Shown piece after piece: positions 9,510 through 19,633 of a DNA stretch of 64,000 nt. The position numbers were made by a program, and so were the translations under genes. Where the stretch lies: positions 2,364 through 66,363 of the forward strand of contig JAYPQA010000018.1 in NCBI GenBank assembly GCA_038131695.1, written 5' to 3'. Source of the stretch: Alphaproteobacteria bacterium. Lineage in GTDB: Bacteria > Pseudomonadota > Alphaproteobacteria > Puniceispirillales > Puniceispirillaceae. The stretch's first letter is position 1. Each line of letters opens with the position of its first letter. The notes under the pieces were generated by a model. It was not told the origin of the DNA and searched no databases. It saw only the letters and a list, made by a program, of their open reading frames with translations.

Positions 9510-10838
9510 ATGGACGGTCAAAGCACGCCAGCAGATAAAATTCTGCTTGAAGGCCTGGTCGAGACAGACCGGGTTCACAAGGATTGCTATGTCAGCGAGG
9601 AAGTTTTTGAAAAAGAACTTGAGCATATCTTCTATAAAAGCTGGATTTATGCAGGCCATGAGAGCCAGATCAAGAATAAGGGCGATTTCACCACTTTCCA
9701 GATAGGCCGCCAGCCAATGATTCTGGTGCGCGGTGATGACGATAATTTCCATGTCCTGTTCAACCGCTGCCCGCATCGCGGCGCGATGCTGACCAACCGC
9801 CATATGGGCAATGCCGGCCATCATTTCATCTGCTCCTACCATGCCTGGCAGTTCAATTTTGACGGCTCGGTTCATGCCATCCCCTCGCCGGCCGGTTATG
9901 AGGATACCCGCTTTGACAAAAATGATGAGGATGCCTGCATGAAGGCGGCCCCGCGGGTGGCCAGCTATCGCGGCTTTATCTTTGCCTCCCTTGCTGCTGA
10001 CGGGCCGGACCTTGTGACCTGGCTCAGCGGGGCAAAGGCGGCCTTTGACGATATTTGTGACCGCGCGCCCGAAGGCGAGGTTGAGGTGGTCAAAACCTGT
10101 TTCCGGGTGGTGCAGAAATCAAACTGGAAGATTTTTCTGGAGAACCAGCTGGACGCGTTGCACCCCTCTATCACGCATGGGGCTGCCGGGCGCGCCGCAG
10201 CTGATGTGGAAGAGGAAATAAAGGCCGAGACTGGCCAGGAAGCGCCGCTGCAATATCACTATCTCTCTGCCTTTACCACGCCTATCTATAAATGGGACGG
10301 GCTGGAAACAGCTGGCCATAAATATGGCCATTCCATGCTGCAAGGCTATATGGGCTTGCGGCCAAAAGACCCGGATACGCTTGAATATGAAGCGGTGATG
10401 GAAAAAGCCTATGGCAAGGAGCGCACTGAGGAGATTTTCAATACCAATATCCATCATGTGCTTGTCTATCCCTGCCTGTCCGTGCAATCACCGCTCCAGC
10501 AGCTGCGCGCCGTGCGCCCGCTGGGCCCGAATGAGACGCTGACCGAGATTTGGCATTTCCGCCTGAAAGGCGCGCCTGAGGCAATTTATCGCCGCTCGCT
10601 GCATTATTACAATTTGGTCAATTCGCCCTCTACCATGATCAATGCAGATGATCTGTATAATTTCTGGCGTTGCCAGCAGGGGCTGACCAGCGAAGGCGGT
10701 GACTGGGTGAGCTTCCACCGCAATGAGGGCCAGGATCATCAAGAAGACGGGGTCACCACCTCGGTCACCGGACTGTCTGAATTACCCATGCGCCATATGT
10801 TCACGGCCTGGGCCGGCTATATGAAGGGAGAGCTGTAA
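9510..10838 (+). CDS. aromatic ring-hydroxylating oxygenase, Rieske alpha subunit
   Basis: ORF 9456..10838 trimmed to ATG 9510, which follows GGGGAGGAG. It has the Rieske motif CPHRGAML...CSYHAWQF and the mononuclear iron region NQLDALHPSITH. Confidence 0.85.
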   Translation: MDGQSTPADKILLEGLVETDRVHKDCYVSEEVFEKELEHIFYKSWIYAGHESQIKNKGDFTTFQIGRQPMILVRGDDDNFHVLFNRCPHRGAMLTNRHMGNAGHHFICSYHAWQFNFDGSVHAIPSPAGYEDTRFDKNDEDACMKAAPRVASYRGFIFASLAADGPDLVTWLSGAKAAFDDICDRAPEGEVEVVKTCFRVVQKSNWKIFLENQLDALHPSITHGAAGRAAADVEEEIKAETGQEAPLQYHYLSAFTTPIYKWDGLETAGHKYGHSMLQGYMGLRPKDPDTLEYEAVMEKAYGKERTEEIFNTNIHHVLVYPCLSVQSPLQQLRAVRPLGPNETLTEIWHFRLKGAPEAIYRRSLHYYNLVNSPSTMINADDLYNFWRCQQGLTSEGGDWVSFHRNEGQDHQEDGVTTSVTGLSELPMRHMFTAWAGYMKGEL

Positions 10839-11335
10839 TGAGCAAGCTGATCAAGGCTGGAACACAGCAGGAGATAGAGCAGTTTCTCTACAGCCAGTCC
10901 GAAATGCTGGATAGCCGCAAATGGCGGGACTGGATCGATCTGTTCACCCAGGACGGCCTCTATTGGATGCCGGCAGACCCGGCAGATGAGGATGGGGACG
11001 GCATACCTTCTATCTTCTATGAGGATCATTATCTGATGCGCACCCGCATGAAGCGGCTGGATCACCCGCGCGCCTGGTCCCAGTCACCGGCCCCGCGCAC
11101 CAGCCATCTGATCTCTAATGTGCAGCTGGATGCAGCGGCCAGCACGGATAAGGAGCTGGTCGTGCGCTCGCGCTTTCATGTTGGCGAGATCAGGCTGGAC
11201 AAGCAGCGCTATTTTGTTGGCAGCTATACCCACCATCTGGTTCCGGACAGCAAAAGCTGGAAGATTCGCCTACAACGGGTGGATATTCTGAATTATGACG
11301 CACCCTTTGACTATGTGCTTCAGGTATGGTTGTAA
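10838..11335 (+). CDS. aromatic ring-hydroxylating oxygenase, beta subunit (NTF2/SnoaL-like)
   Basis: 165 aa. The start overlaps the alpha-subunit stop (TAATG). The sequence is typical of beta subunits (EIEQFLYSQSEMLDSRKWRDWIDLFTQDGLYWMP). Confidence 0.85.
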   Translation: MSKLIKAGTQQEIEQFLYSQSEMLDSRKWRDWIDLFTQDGLYWMPADPADEDGDGIPSIFYEDHYLMRTRMKRLDHPRAWSQSPAPRTSHLISNVQLDAAASTDKELVVRSRFHVGEIRLDKQRYFVGSYTHHLVPDSKSWKIRLQRVDILNYDAPFDYVLQVWL

Positions 11336-11379
11336 TAAACCATTAAATCTGTTGGCCTGTCAGAAATAGGGGAATACAA

Positions 11380-11982
11380 ATGGGCGCGCAGAACGGACAG
11401 AATAGCACACAGCCTGACTCCATCCAGCCAGAGGCCGAACAGCCTGAACATCCGGCTGTTATCCGGCTGGTAAAAACCATCGAATGGATAGCTGAGAGGT
11501 TTTCCAATCTGAGTTCGCTTGTGCTGCTCTGGTTGGTCGGGCTGACAGTCGTGGATGTGGTGGGCCGCTATTTTCTGCGAATGCCTGTTACCGGCGCGGT
11601 TGAGCTGGTGCAGATTTCGATGGCTGGCATCATCTTCTTTTCCATGCCGATGATGTTCTTGAAAGATGATCAGGTGGTAGTTGACCTGTTTCAATTTGTG
11701 CGGCGCGGCTGGCTTGGCTGGATATTGTCGCTTGCGATCACGGTTGTGGTGATTGTGGCCAGCTGGATTGTGGCCGACCGAGTCTGGGATTATGCGGTCC
11801 GAGCCTGGGAGGATCAGGATGCCACCATCTATCTGGATATTCCGCGCTATCTGACGGTCTCTTTCATCACTTTTGCGATTTATATTTCAGCTGTTTTTGC
11901 AGCGGTTCGCATTATCCGGCTGCTGGCCCGGCCCGGACGGGTGATTCAGGATGAAACCGGGCGCGAATTCAAGGAGAATTAA
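11380..11982 (+). CDS. TRAP transporter small permease (DctQ family)
   Basis: 200 aa with four predicted hydrophobic helices, immediately upstream of the large permease. It has a polar N-terminal extension of ~30 aa. Confidence 0.8.
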   Translation: MGAQNGQNSTQPDSIQPEAEQPEHPAVIRLVKTIEWIAERFSNLSSLVLLWLVGLTVVDVVGRYFLRMPVTGAVELVQISMAGIIFFSMPMMFLKDDQVVVDLFQFVRRGWLGWILSLAITVVVIVASWIVADRVWDYAVRAWEDQDATIYLDIPRYLTVSFITFAIYISAVFAAVRIIRLLARPGRVIQDETGREFKEN

Positions 11983-11985
11983 CCA

Positions 11986-13278
11986 ATGCTGGTCTCGCTG
12001 ATAGGATTTGCTGTTCTTCTTGTTCTGGCCTTCATGCGGATGCCGCTGGGGGTCGCGCTGGGGGTTGTCGGTGTGGTCGGCTTTTCAGAGCTGTCCAATT
12101 TCCGCGCGGCCCTGTCCAACGCCGCCCGGCTGGTGATTGATTCCGGCCAGAATTACGGGCTGTCCGTGCTGCCGATGTTTATTTTGATGGGCCTGCTGGT
12201 AGAGCGGGGCGGCATGGCCAAGGAGCTGTATCGGGCGGCTTATGTGTTTTTGGGCCATCGGCGCGGCGGGCTGGCCATGTCCACGATTGTGGCCTGCGGG
12301 ATGTTTTCCGCCATTTGCGGCTCCTCTCTGGCGACTGCGGCCACCATGTCCAAGGTCTCCATGCCGGAGATGCGGCGCTATAAATATCATGATTCGCTGG
12401 CCACCGCCTCTATCGCGGCTGGCGGCACGCTGGGGATTTTGATACCGCCCAGCGTCATTTTGGTGATTTACGGGCTGATGACAGAGCAATCGGTTGGCAA
12501 GCTGTTTATTGCCGGTGTCCTGCCGGGCCTGCTGGGCGTGCTGTTTTATCTTCTGGCTGTCGTTTTCATTGTCTCGCGCAACCCGGCGATGGGCCCGGCC
12601 GGCGACCGCACTGGCTGGAAAGAGCGTTTTTTGGCCTTGCGCGATGTCTGGACCACCCTTGGCCTGTTTATCTTTGTGATTGGCGGGATTTATCTGGGCC
12701 TGTTCACCCCGACTGAGGCCGCTGGCATGGGCGCGGCGGGTGCCTTGTTGATAGCCTGGCGGCGCGGGGCCCTGAAAGATGGGGCCTTGCTGGCCGTGCT
12801 GCGCGAGACGGGCCTGACCACGGCAAAGCTGTTTTTGGTTTTGTTCGGGGCGTTGATTTTTTCCAATTTCGTCAACCGGGCCGGGCTGCCTGCCGGGCTG
12901 GTCGGCATTGTCAATTCCTTTGATCTCTCGCCGATTGGCGTGATTTTCATGATTTTGCTGATCTATCTGGTGCTGGGCTGTGTGTTTGAATCACTCTCGA
13001 TGATTTTGCTCACCGTGCCGATTTTTGCCCCGCTGGTCTCCTCGCTGGGCTTTGATCTGATTTGGTTTGGCATTCTGGTTGTCGTGGTGACCGAGATCAG
13101 CCTGATTACCCCACCCATTGGACTCAATGTGTTTGTGCTAAAAGGGGTGCTGAAAGATGTCTCGGTGAAGACCATCTTCCGCGGCGTCACGCCGTTCTGG
13201 GTCGCCGATATTGGCCGGTTGTTCGTGCTGACCATGGTGCCGGGCATTGCCCTTGTGCTGCCGTCCATGATGTCCTGA
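11986..13278 (+). CDS. TRAP transporter large permease (DctM family)
   Basis: 430 aa and highly hydrophobic, with typical DctM length and sequence style. Confidence 0.9.
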   Translation: MLVSLIGFAVLLVLAFMRMPLGVALGVVGVVGFSELSNFRAALSNAARLVIDSGQNYGLSVLPMFILMGLLVERGGMAKELYRAAYVFLGHRRGGLAMSTIVACGMFSAICGSSLATAATMSKVSMPEMRRYKYHDSLATASIAAGGTLGILIPPSVILVIYGLMTEQSVGKLFIAGVLPGLLGVLFYLLAVVFIVSRNPAMGPAGDRTGWKERFLALRDVWTTLGLFIFVIGGIYLGLFTPTEAAGMGAAGALLIAWRRGALKDGALLAVLRETGLTTAKLFLVLFGALIFSNFVNRAGLPAGLVGIVNSFDLSPIGVIFMILLIYLVLGCVFESLSMILLTVPIFAPLVSSLGFDLIWFGILVVVVTEISLITPPIGLNVFVLKGVLKDVSVKTIFRGVTPFWVADIGRLFVLTMVPGIALVLPSMMS

Positions 13279-13303
13279 TTGCCAGAATTGGGCAGGTGCA
13301 GGA

Positions 13304-13759
13304 TCAGACCAGACTGAACAGGCTGATCTGCACGCTGCTGGCAAGGCGTCGGCCAGTGCCGACAAACAAGGTGCGATTGACATAGTGATAGCGGGGATCA
13401 CCGGTTTCCAGCCTGGCATGGGTGCGCATATAATAGGCATCAGGCGGCACATCCTCGCCTCTGGCCAATGCTTCGATAATCTCTGGCGGGCCGTGCCGCA
13501 GACCATAATTGATCACCTCAATGACCGCGCCATCTTCTGTTTCCAGCGCATAGCGGGTATCCAACTCAGCCAGCCCATCGGCAAAAATGGTTTGCCAATC
13601 TGCCCCGACAGACAGGACACGGCCCTTGATTTTGCCCTTGAATTGCCCGCCAATAATGGGGATAATGCGACGATTGCCAGCCCGGCCCTGTCCCATCTCG
13701 GTAACTGTGTCCAGCTGTGCTTCCAGTTCAATGAATTTTTCAAGTTTCGGTGGCTGCAT
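13304..13759 (-). CDS. DUF3237-family protein (UPF0311-like beta-barrel)
   Basis: 151 aa. The sequence (GQGRAGNRRIIPIIGGQFKG...GADWQTIFADG...LDTRYALETEDGAVI) matches my recollection of DUF3237. Function is unknown. Confidence 0.6.
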   Translation of the reverse strand: MQPPKLEKFIELEAQLDTVTEMGQGRAGNRRIIPIIGGQFKGKIKGRVLSVGADWQTIFADGLAELDTRYALETEDGAVIEVINYGLRHGPPEIIEALARGEDVPPDAYYMRTHARLETGDPRYHYVNRTLFVGTGRRLASSVQISLFSLV

Positions 13760-13809
13760 AGTCCCTTCTCCTCATCAGCTGTGATCTTCTCCAGCATAAA
13801 GGATAGCCG

Positions 13810-15018
13810 ATGAACACTGCAAGCAGCATTGCCGAGGGCAGGCAGGCGTCAGACTGGACCGCTATCTGGCTGTGTCTGCTGGCCGCGATGACGCTGGTGA
13901 CCCATGCCGGCAAGATCGCCGGAACCGTGCCGCTGATTCAGGCAGAGCTAGGCCTCTCCCTCACCGAAACCGGTTTTCTGGTGGCCTGTTTTTCTGGTCT
14001 GGCCGCGATTACCGGGGTTAGTTTTGGGCGCTATTTACAGCGCTGGCGGCTCTGGATGCTGGCCTGTTGCGGATTGCTTTTGACCGGGTTCAGCTCGCTG
14101 CTTGCCGGCCAGACAAGCGCGTTTGAATTCTTGTTGTTCCTGCGGCTGCTTGAGGGGGCTGGCTATATGATGGGCGTGACCAGCCTGCCCGCGATTATGG
14201 TGGCTGCCGCTGCCGCCCGCCACCAGACGCTGACCATGGCGGTCTGGTCGTGTTTTGTGCCGGCCAGCCTGTCACTCACCCTGCTCGGCACGGCTTTCGG
14301 GATTGATTATTTTGGCTGGCGGGGCATTTGGGAAGTAACAGCTGGGCTGTGTCTGGTGGTTGCGCTGATCCTGTTTTTCTATTTTCGCAAATCATCTCCG
14401 CCGCCGACCATCTCAACAGAACAGCGCGATGCCAGAGAGCCGGTGCGGCGGATTTTTGAGAAGCCTGAAATCCTGCTGATGGGGCTGCTCTTCTTTTTTT
14501 ATTCTATTATGTTCCAGCCTGCGATTGCCTATTTGCCCTCGCTATTTCTGGAAAATGGTGATTTTAGCCTGCGCGCCGGAACCGTGGCCACGGCGCTCTG
14601 CCTGAGCTGCAATGTGCTTGGCAATTTGACCGTTGTGCCACTTTTGCGACGGGGTTACAGCCTGCGCCAGCTTCTGATTTTCAGCACCTCACTCAATATG
14701 ATCTCCTGCGCGCTGATTTTTGTAACCGCGCTGGAGGCAGAATGGCGCCTGCTGGCAGCGATCGGGTTTCTTGGCCTGTCCGGCATCATGCCCGGGACCA
14801 TCTGGGTGCGGGTTGGTATGCTGGCTGCCAATCGCCGCCAGGGCCAGCTTTTTTCCTCCTTTATTTTTCAAAGTGCCGGTCTGGGCCAGGTGCTGGGCCC
14901 GATTATGTTCACCTTGGCGGTTGATATGACCGGCAAATGGGAGGGCAGTATTTTCTTGCTGCTGCTGGCCGGAGCTGCGAGTATTGTTATCGCCGTCAAA
15001 AACCGGCCAGAAGAATAA
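13810..15018 (+). CDS. MFS transporter
   Basis: 402 aa with about 12 hydrophobic segments. Confidence 0.8.
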   Translation: MNTASSIAEGRQASDWTAIWLCLLAAMTLVTHAGKIAGTVPLIQAELGLSLTETGFLVACFSGLAAITGVSFGRYLQRWRLWMLACCGLLLTGFSSLLAGQTSAFEFLLFLRLLEGAGYMMGVTSLPAIMVAAAAARHQTLTMAVWSCFVPASLSLTLLGTAFGIDYFGWRGIWEVTAGLCLVVALILFFYFRKSSPPPTISTEQRDAREPVRRIFEKPEILLMGLLFFFYSIMFQPAIAYLPSLFLENGDFSLRAGTVATALCLSCNVLGNLTVVPLLRRGYSLRQLLIFSTSLNMISCALIFVTALEAEWRLLAAIGFLGLSGIMPGTIWVRVGMLAANRRQGQLFSSFIFQSAGLGQVLGPIMFTLAVDMTGKWEGSIFLLLLAGAASIVIAVKNRPEE

Positions 15019-15033
15019 GCAGGAGAGAGCAAG

Positions 15034-15813
15034 ATGGGTGACGTGAAAATCATTGTAACAGGTGCCAGTTCCGGCATCGGCGCAGCCACAGCCGCCCAGC
15101 TGGCTGCCAGCGGGGCAGAGCTGGTCTTGCTGGATATGAACCAGCCGCCAGCAGACAGCCTGCACCCGTTCATTCAGGTGGATATCGCAGACCCGGCCTC
15201 AATTCAGGCTGCTGCCGGGGCGTTGCGGGCGCACGGGCCATTTCAGGGCCTGTGCAATATTGCCGGCATTCCCCCGCGCAGCGATAATCATCAGGCTGTT
15301 TTGCAAATCAATACGCTGGGCAATATCGCGCTGGCTGAGGCGGTTCTGGACCAACTCTCAGACGGGGCCAGCGTGGTGTCTCTTGCCTCGCGGGCCGGCT
15401 CACGCTGGCAGCAAAATCCGGAACGGGTCGCCGCGCTGCTGGACTGCCAGCTGGGCGATGATTTGGCCCCGCTTCTGGCGCGTTTTCCGTGCTCAGAAGG
15501 CGAAGCCTATGAATGGTCAAAAGAGGGGGTGATCGTCTGGTCCATGCGCCGCTCGGTCAGCCATATCCGCAAGCTGCGCTTCAATACGGTCAGCCCGGCC
15601 GCGGTCGCCACGCCGATATTGGATCATTTCCTGAAAGCCTTTGCTGCCCGTTCCGGCCCGGCGGAAAAATATGTTGGCCGCTCAGCCAGACCAGAAGAGA
15701 TTGGTGCGGCGGTCGCCTTTCTGGCCAGCCCGCAATCCAGCTGGATAAATGGGATCGATCTGTGCATGGATGGCGGCGTTTCAGCTGATCTGCTGATGCG
15801 CGCCTATGGCTGA
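15034..15813 (+). CDS. SDR-family oxidoreductase
   Basis: 259 aa. It has the TGASSGIG dinucleotide motif and a YxxxK region (YEWSKEG). An RBS-like AGGAGAGAG lies upstream. Confidence 0.8.
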   Translation: MGDVKIIVTGASSGIGAATAAQLAASGAELVLLDMNQPPADSLHPFIQVDIADPASIQAAAGALRAHGPFQGLCNIAGIPPRSDNHQAVLQINTLGNIALAEAVLDQLSDGASVVSLASRAGSRWQQNPERVAALLDCQLGDDLAPLLARFPCSEGEAYEWSKEGVIVWSMRRSVSHIRKLRFNTVSPAAVATPILDHFLKAFAARSGPAEKYVGRSARPEEIGAAVAFLASPQSSWINGIDLCMDGGVSADLLMRAYG

Positions 15814-16019
15814 TCAGCCGGGCTGTTTGTGGGCTGTCTGGCGGCGGCGAATGCCGCGCGGAGTGTGGCTGCATCCCCTATCTGATTCATCAATATCAGG
15901 ATCAGCCGGGCGTTGAGCGCAGCACTCTCAGCCTCTTCCAGCCCCTCATGCAGGGCGATCAGATCATTATAGAGCTGATCGGGCTGTTCGGAAAAATTAA
16001 ACTCGGTTTCCAAGGCCAT
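15804..16019 (-). CDS. small DUF2783-like protein, putative hydroxylase partner
   Basis: 71 aa. The start overlaps the stop of the upstream monooxygenase by 1 nt (TAATG), which suggests translational coupling. It has the pattern LYNDLIALHEGL...ARLILILMNQIGD. Confidence 0.6.
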   Translation of the reverse strand: MALETEFNFSEQPDQLYNDLIALHEGLEEAESAALNARLILILMNQIGDAATLRAAFAAARQPTNSPADQP

Positions 16020-17625
16020 TACACCCTCTCCGTCTGGCTGATACCGGCTTTTTGCAGCGCGTTGGACAGCTGGACAGGATCAGCGGCTTGCCAGCGGGCT
16101 GCGATATGCTGATCCGGGCGAATCAGATAATGGCCCGTGCCATAGCGGGCCGCAACAAACCCGCCTGTATCCTGCCAGCCCCCTCTCCTATCAAGAGCGG
16201 AACCACCCCATCGGGCAGCGCATCCGGCCAAGCCTGCCCGACCGAGAGCAGCACAAACCGCCCACCCAGCTGATTCAGCAGCCAGCCCTCTGCCCCCTGC
16301 GGCGAGGCAATCGGGGCATCTGCACAGGGGCTGCCCGGCACCATCGGGGCATCCAGCCCGGACTGATCCGCACTGGTGAGAGCAGAGCCGGACAGGCTGC
16401 AGGGCAGTGACAGGCGGCCCGGATTGACCAGACGGCGCGCAAAACCATAGGTTTCAGCCAAATCAAGCGTAGCATCCCGGAACCAGGTTTCTGCCCCCGG
16501 CTCCGGCGACATAAAGCGGGTGGACCAGCTGGAATTGCGGATATTCTCATCTGCCCCGTGAATACGCTCATCATCATAGCTGGCCAGCAAATCCGGTGCG
16601 GCTTCCCCCTTGACGATAGCCGCCAGCTTCCAGCACAGATTATCAACATCATGCAAGCCGCCATTGCCGCCCCGCGCCCCGAAAGGCGAGACAATATGGG
16701 CAGAATCGCCTGCGAAAATCACCCGGTCATGGACAAATTTTTCCAGCCGCCTGCATTGAAAACTATAGACCGACACCCAATCCAGCTTGAAAGGCCGGTC
16801 GCCGACAATTTTCTCAATGCGCGGGATCACCTTTTCCGGCTGGCGCTCCGCCTCAGCATCCGCATCCGGGCCCAGCTGCAGGTCAATCCGGTAGATATTA
16901 TCGGGCTGCTTATGTAAAAGCGCCGACTGGCCGGGGTGAAAATCCGGATTGAACCAGAACCAGCGTTCTGACGGGAAATCGGCATCCATCACCACATCGG
17001 CTATCAAAAACCGCTCTTCAAAGGCGGTGCCGCCAAATTCCAGCCCCAGCTGCTGGCGGATCAGCGAGCGCGCGCCATCACAGGCCAGCAAATAAGCCGC
17101 CTGCAGCTGATAGCGGCCATCCTCGGTTTCCAGCTCTGCTGTCACCCCATCGCCATCCTGGCTGAGCCCGACCAGCCGGTTCTTGAAACGCAAATCGATC
17201 AAATCCGGAAAATCACGGCAGCGCTCAATCAGATATTGTTCCATGTAATATTGCTGCAAATTGATAAAGGCGGGGAATTTGTGCCCCTCTTCAGGCAGCA
17301 GATCAAATTGATAGATTTCCCGGGCGCGCCGGTAAATGCGGCCCAGCTTCCAGGTCACCCCCTTGGCCAGCATCCGGTCAGCCACGCCAAGGCGATCCAG
17401 AATCTCCAGCGATCTCTTGGCCCAGCAAATCGCCCGGCTGCCGACCGAGACCACATTATTGTCATCAACCAGAACCGTTGCCACACCGCTCAAGGCCAGA
17501 TCAACCGCAGCCGCCAGCCCGATAGGCCCGGCCCCGACAATCAGCACTGGTGCTTGCCTTGGCGTGCCACCGGATAATTCAGGCGGGGTTACATACTCAA
17601 TCGGTGCATAATCATACGGGGCCAT
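16019..17625 (-). pseudogene. FAD-dependent aromatic monooxygenase (PheA/TfdB/MhpA family), one frameshift
   Basis: ORF 16123..17667 trimmed to ATG 17625, which follows GGAGGAG. It has IVGAGPIGLAAA, CDGARS and GDSAH motifs. The conserved C-terminus (GHYLIRPDQHIAARW) lies in ORF 16019..16231. The switch is at the C5 run 16179-16183. Confidence 0.8.
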
Positions 17626-17645
17626 TCTCTGCTCCTCCTGCCTGC

Positions 17646-18596
17646 TCAGCCCTGCAAATCCTGCCACATCTGCCGGTCGCGCTCAGCTGTCCAGATGCGC
17701 GGCGTATCAATGCCGCGGGCTTCATCATAGGCTCTGGCCACATTGAAAGGCAAACAATGCTCATAAATGGCATAATCAGCAAATTTCTTGTCACACGCAT
17801 CGCGCACAGCAGCAAACGCCTCTTTCAGAGAGCCGCCCTGTGCCGCAATGCTGGCGGCCGGCTGATAGGTGGAGTCCAGAAAATCGCGCGTATTGGCAAT
17901 CGCCTCAGCCACCTTGTCTGCTGTATCCAGCGCCGCCCCGCGCCCCGGGGCAATCGCGGCCGGGCGGAAGGCCGCCACCTGATCCAGCGTCGCGCCCCAA
18001 TCACTGAAATGCCCGTCGCCGCAATAGCAGGCTGAGTGATATTCGACAATATCACCGGTGAACAGCACCCCGGCATCCGGCACAAAGGCGACAATATCGC
18101 CTGCGGTATGGGCGCGGCCAATCTGGCGCAATTCTACCCGCCGGTTACCCAGATGCACGCTCATCGAGCCGGAAAAGCTGATGGTTGGCCAGGTCAGGCC
18201 GGGGATGCTTTCATGCCCTTCAAACAGGCGCGGAAAGCGGGCAAATTCGCTGTCCCAATCCTCTTGTCCCCGCTCATGGATCATGGCAAGTGCAGTGTCA
18301 GAGGCAATCACCTCAGACGCGGCAAAGGCAGAGGCGCCCAGCACCCGCACCGCATGATAATGCGAGAGCACAACATGTTTTATCGGCTTGTCGGTGACCG
18401 TGCGGATTTGCTCGACCACCTTGTCCGCCAGGCGCGGGGTGGCCTGGGCATCAATCACCATCACCGAATCATCGCCGATAATCACCCCGCTATTGGGATC
18501 GCCCTCAGCTGTAAAGGCATAGAGATCGCGGCCAATCTCGGTAAAGCTGATTTGTTTTTCCGTCATATCGCCCTGTGAGGCAAATTGCTTAGCCAT
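17646..18596 (-). CDS. MBL-fold metallo-hydrolase family protein with non-canonical motif 2
   Basis: 316 aa. MBL landmarks are VIDAQ, SHYHAVR (canonical HxHxDH), GRAHTAGD and LFTGD. The start ATG lies inside the last codons of the FAH gene (8-nt overlap). Confidence 0.75.
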   Translation of the reverse strand: MAKQFASQGDMTEKQISFTEIGRDLYAFTAEGDPNSGVIIGDDSVMVIDAQATPRLADKVVEQIRTVTDKPIKHVVLSHYHAVRVLGASAFAASEVIASDTALAMIHERGQEDWDSEFARFPRLFEGHESIPGLTWPTISFSGSMSVHLGNRRVELRQIGRAHTAGDIVAFVPDAGVLFTGDIVEYHSACYCGDGHFSDWGATLDQVAAFRPAAIAPGRGAALDTADKVAEAIANTRDFLDSTYQPAASIAAQGGSLKEAFAAVRDACDKKFADYAIYEHCLPFNVARAYDEARGIDTPRIWTAERDRQMWQDLQG

Positions 18597-19605
18597 GGCC
18601 TTCCTCCACCCGGTTTTCTATCCGGCCAAATATAGATTGGCCCTGTTCATCATGTATTTCAATCCCGACCTGATCCCCAAATTGCAAAAATCCGGTTTTC
18701 GGGCTGCCATTCAAGATTGTTTCCACCATCCGGATTTCAGCCAGGCAACTATAGCCGCGCCCGCCCTCGCTAACCGGACGGCCCGGCCCGCCATCGGCCC
18801 CCTTGTTGGAGATGGTCCCGGAGCCAATAATCGCCCCGGCCCCCAGCCGTCTGGATTTCGCGGCATGGGCAATCAGCTCATACATGGAAAAGGTCATCTC
18901 ATCGCCGGCATGGGCGCGCCCCAGCGGCGCACCATTTACATCTGCTTCCATCACCAGATGCAGCTTGCCATCCTGCCAGGCCGGGCCCAGCTCATCCGGG
19001 GTGACCGCGACCGGCGAGAAGCTGGTTGCCGGTTTTGACTGGAAAAAGCCGAATCCCTTGCCCAGCTCAGCCGGAATCAGATTGCGCAGCGAGACATCAT
19101 TGACCAGCATCACCAGCTTGACATGGCTGGCCGCCTGTTGCGGGCTGACCCCCATCGGCACATCATCCGTGATCACCGCTATCTCAGCTTCCAGATCAAT
19201 CCCCCAGCTGGTATCTGGCAGGCGAATCGCCCCGCGCGGCGGGATGAAATCATCAGAGGCCCCCTGATAGATCAATGGATCTGTCCAGAAGCTGTCCGGC
19301 ATTTCTGCCCCGCGCGCCTTGCGCACCAGCTCCACATGATTGACATAGGCTGACCCGTCCGCCCATTGATAGGCGCGCGGCAAGGGCACATGACAGGCCG
19401 CCTGATCAAAAGGCTGGCTGTCTGCCTCGCCCGATTGCAGGGCGGCAAAGCGGGCGGCCAGCAGCGGTTCTGTCTCCTGCCAGCTATCCAGAGCTGCCTG
19501 CAGCGTCGGGGCAATATCCCGGGCCGTTGTCATGCGGGCCAGGTCGCGGCTGACCACAACCAGCTGCCCGTCGCGGCTGCCATCATGCAAACTTGCCAGT
19601 TTCAT
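18589..19605 (-). CDS. fumarylacetoacetate hydrolase (FAH) family protein
   Basis: ORF 18589..19704 trimmed to ATG 19605, which follows GGAAGGAAG. The 338 aa start MKLASLHDGSRDGQLVVVSRD and carry a C-terminal FAH domain. It lies directly downstream of hmgA. Confidence 0.8.
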   Translation of the reverse strand: MKLASLHDGSRDGQLVVVSRDLARMTTARDIAPTLQAALDSWQETEPLLAARFAALQSGEADSQPFDQAACHVPLPRAYQWADGSAYVNHVELVRKARGAEMPDSFWTDPLIYQGASDDFIPPRGAIRLPDTSWGIDLEAEIAVITDDVPMGVSPQQAASHVKLVMLVNDVSLRNLIPAELGKGFGFFQSKPATSFSPVAVTPDELGPAWQDGKLHLVMEADVNGAPLGRAHAGDEMTFSMYELIAHAAKSRRLGAGAIIGSGTISNKGADGGPGRPVSEGGRGYSCLAEIRMVETILNGSPKTGFLQFGDQVGIEIHDEQGQSIFGRIENRVEEGHG

Positions 19606-19633
19606 CTCTTCCTTCCCTTCTGCCCGGCGGGCC

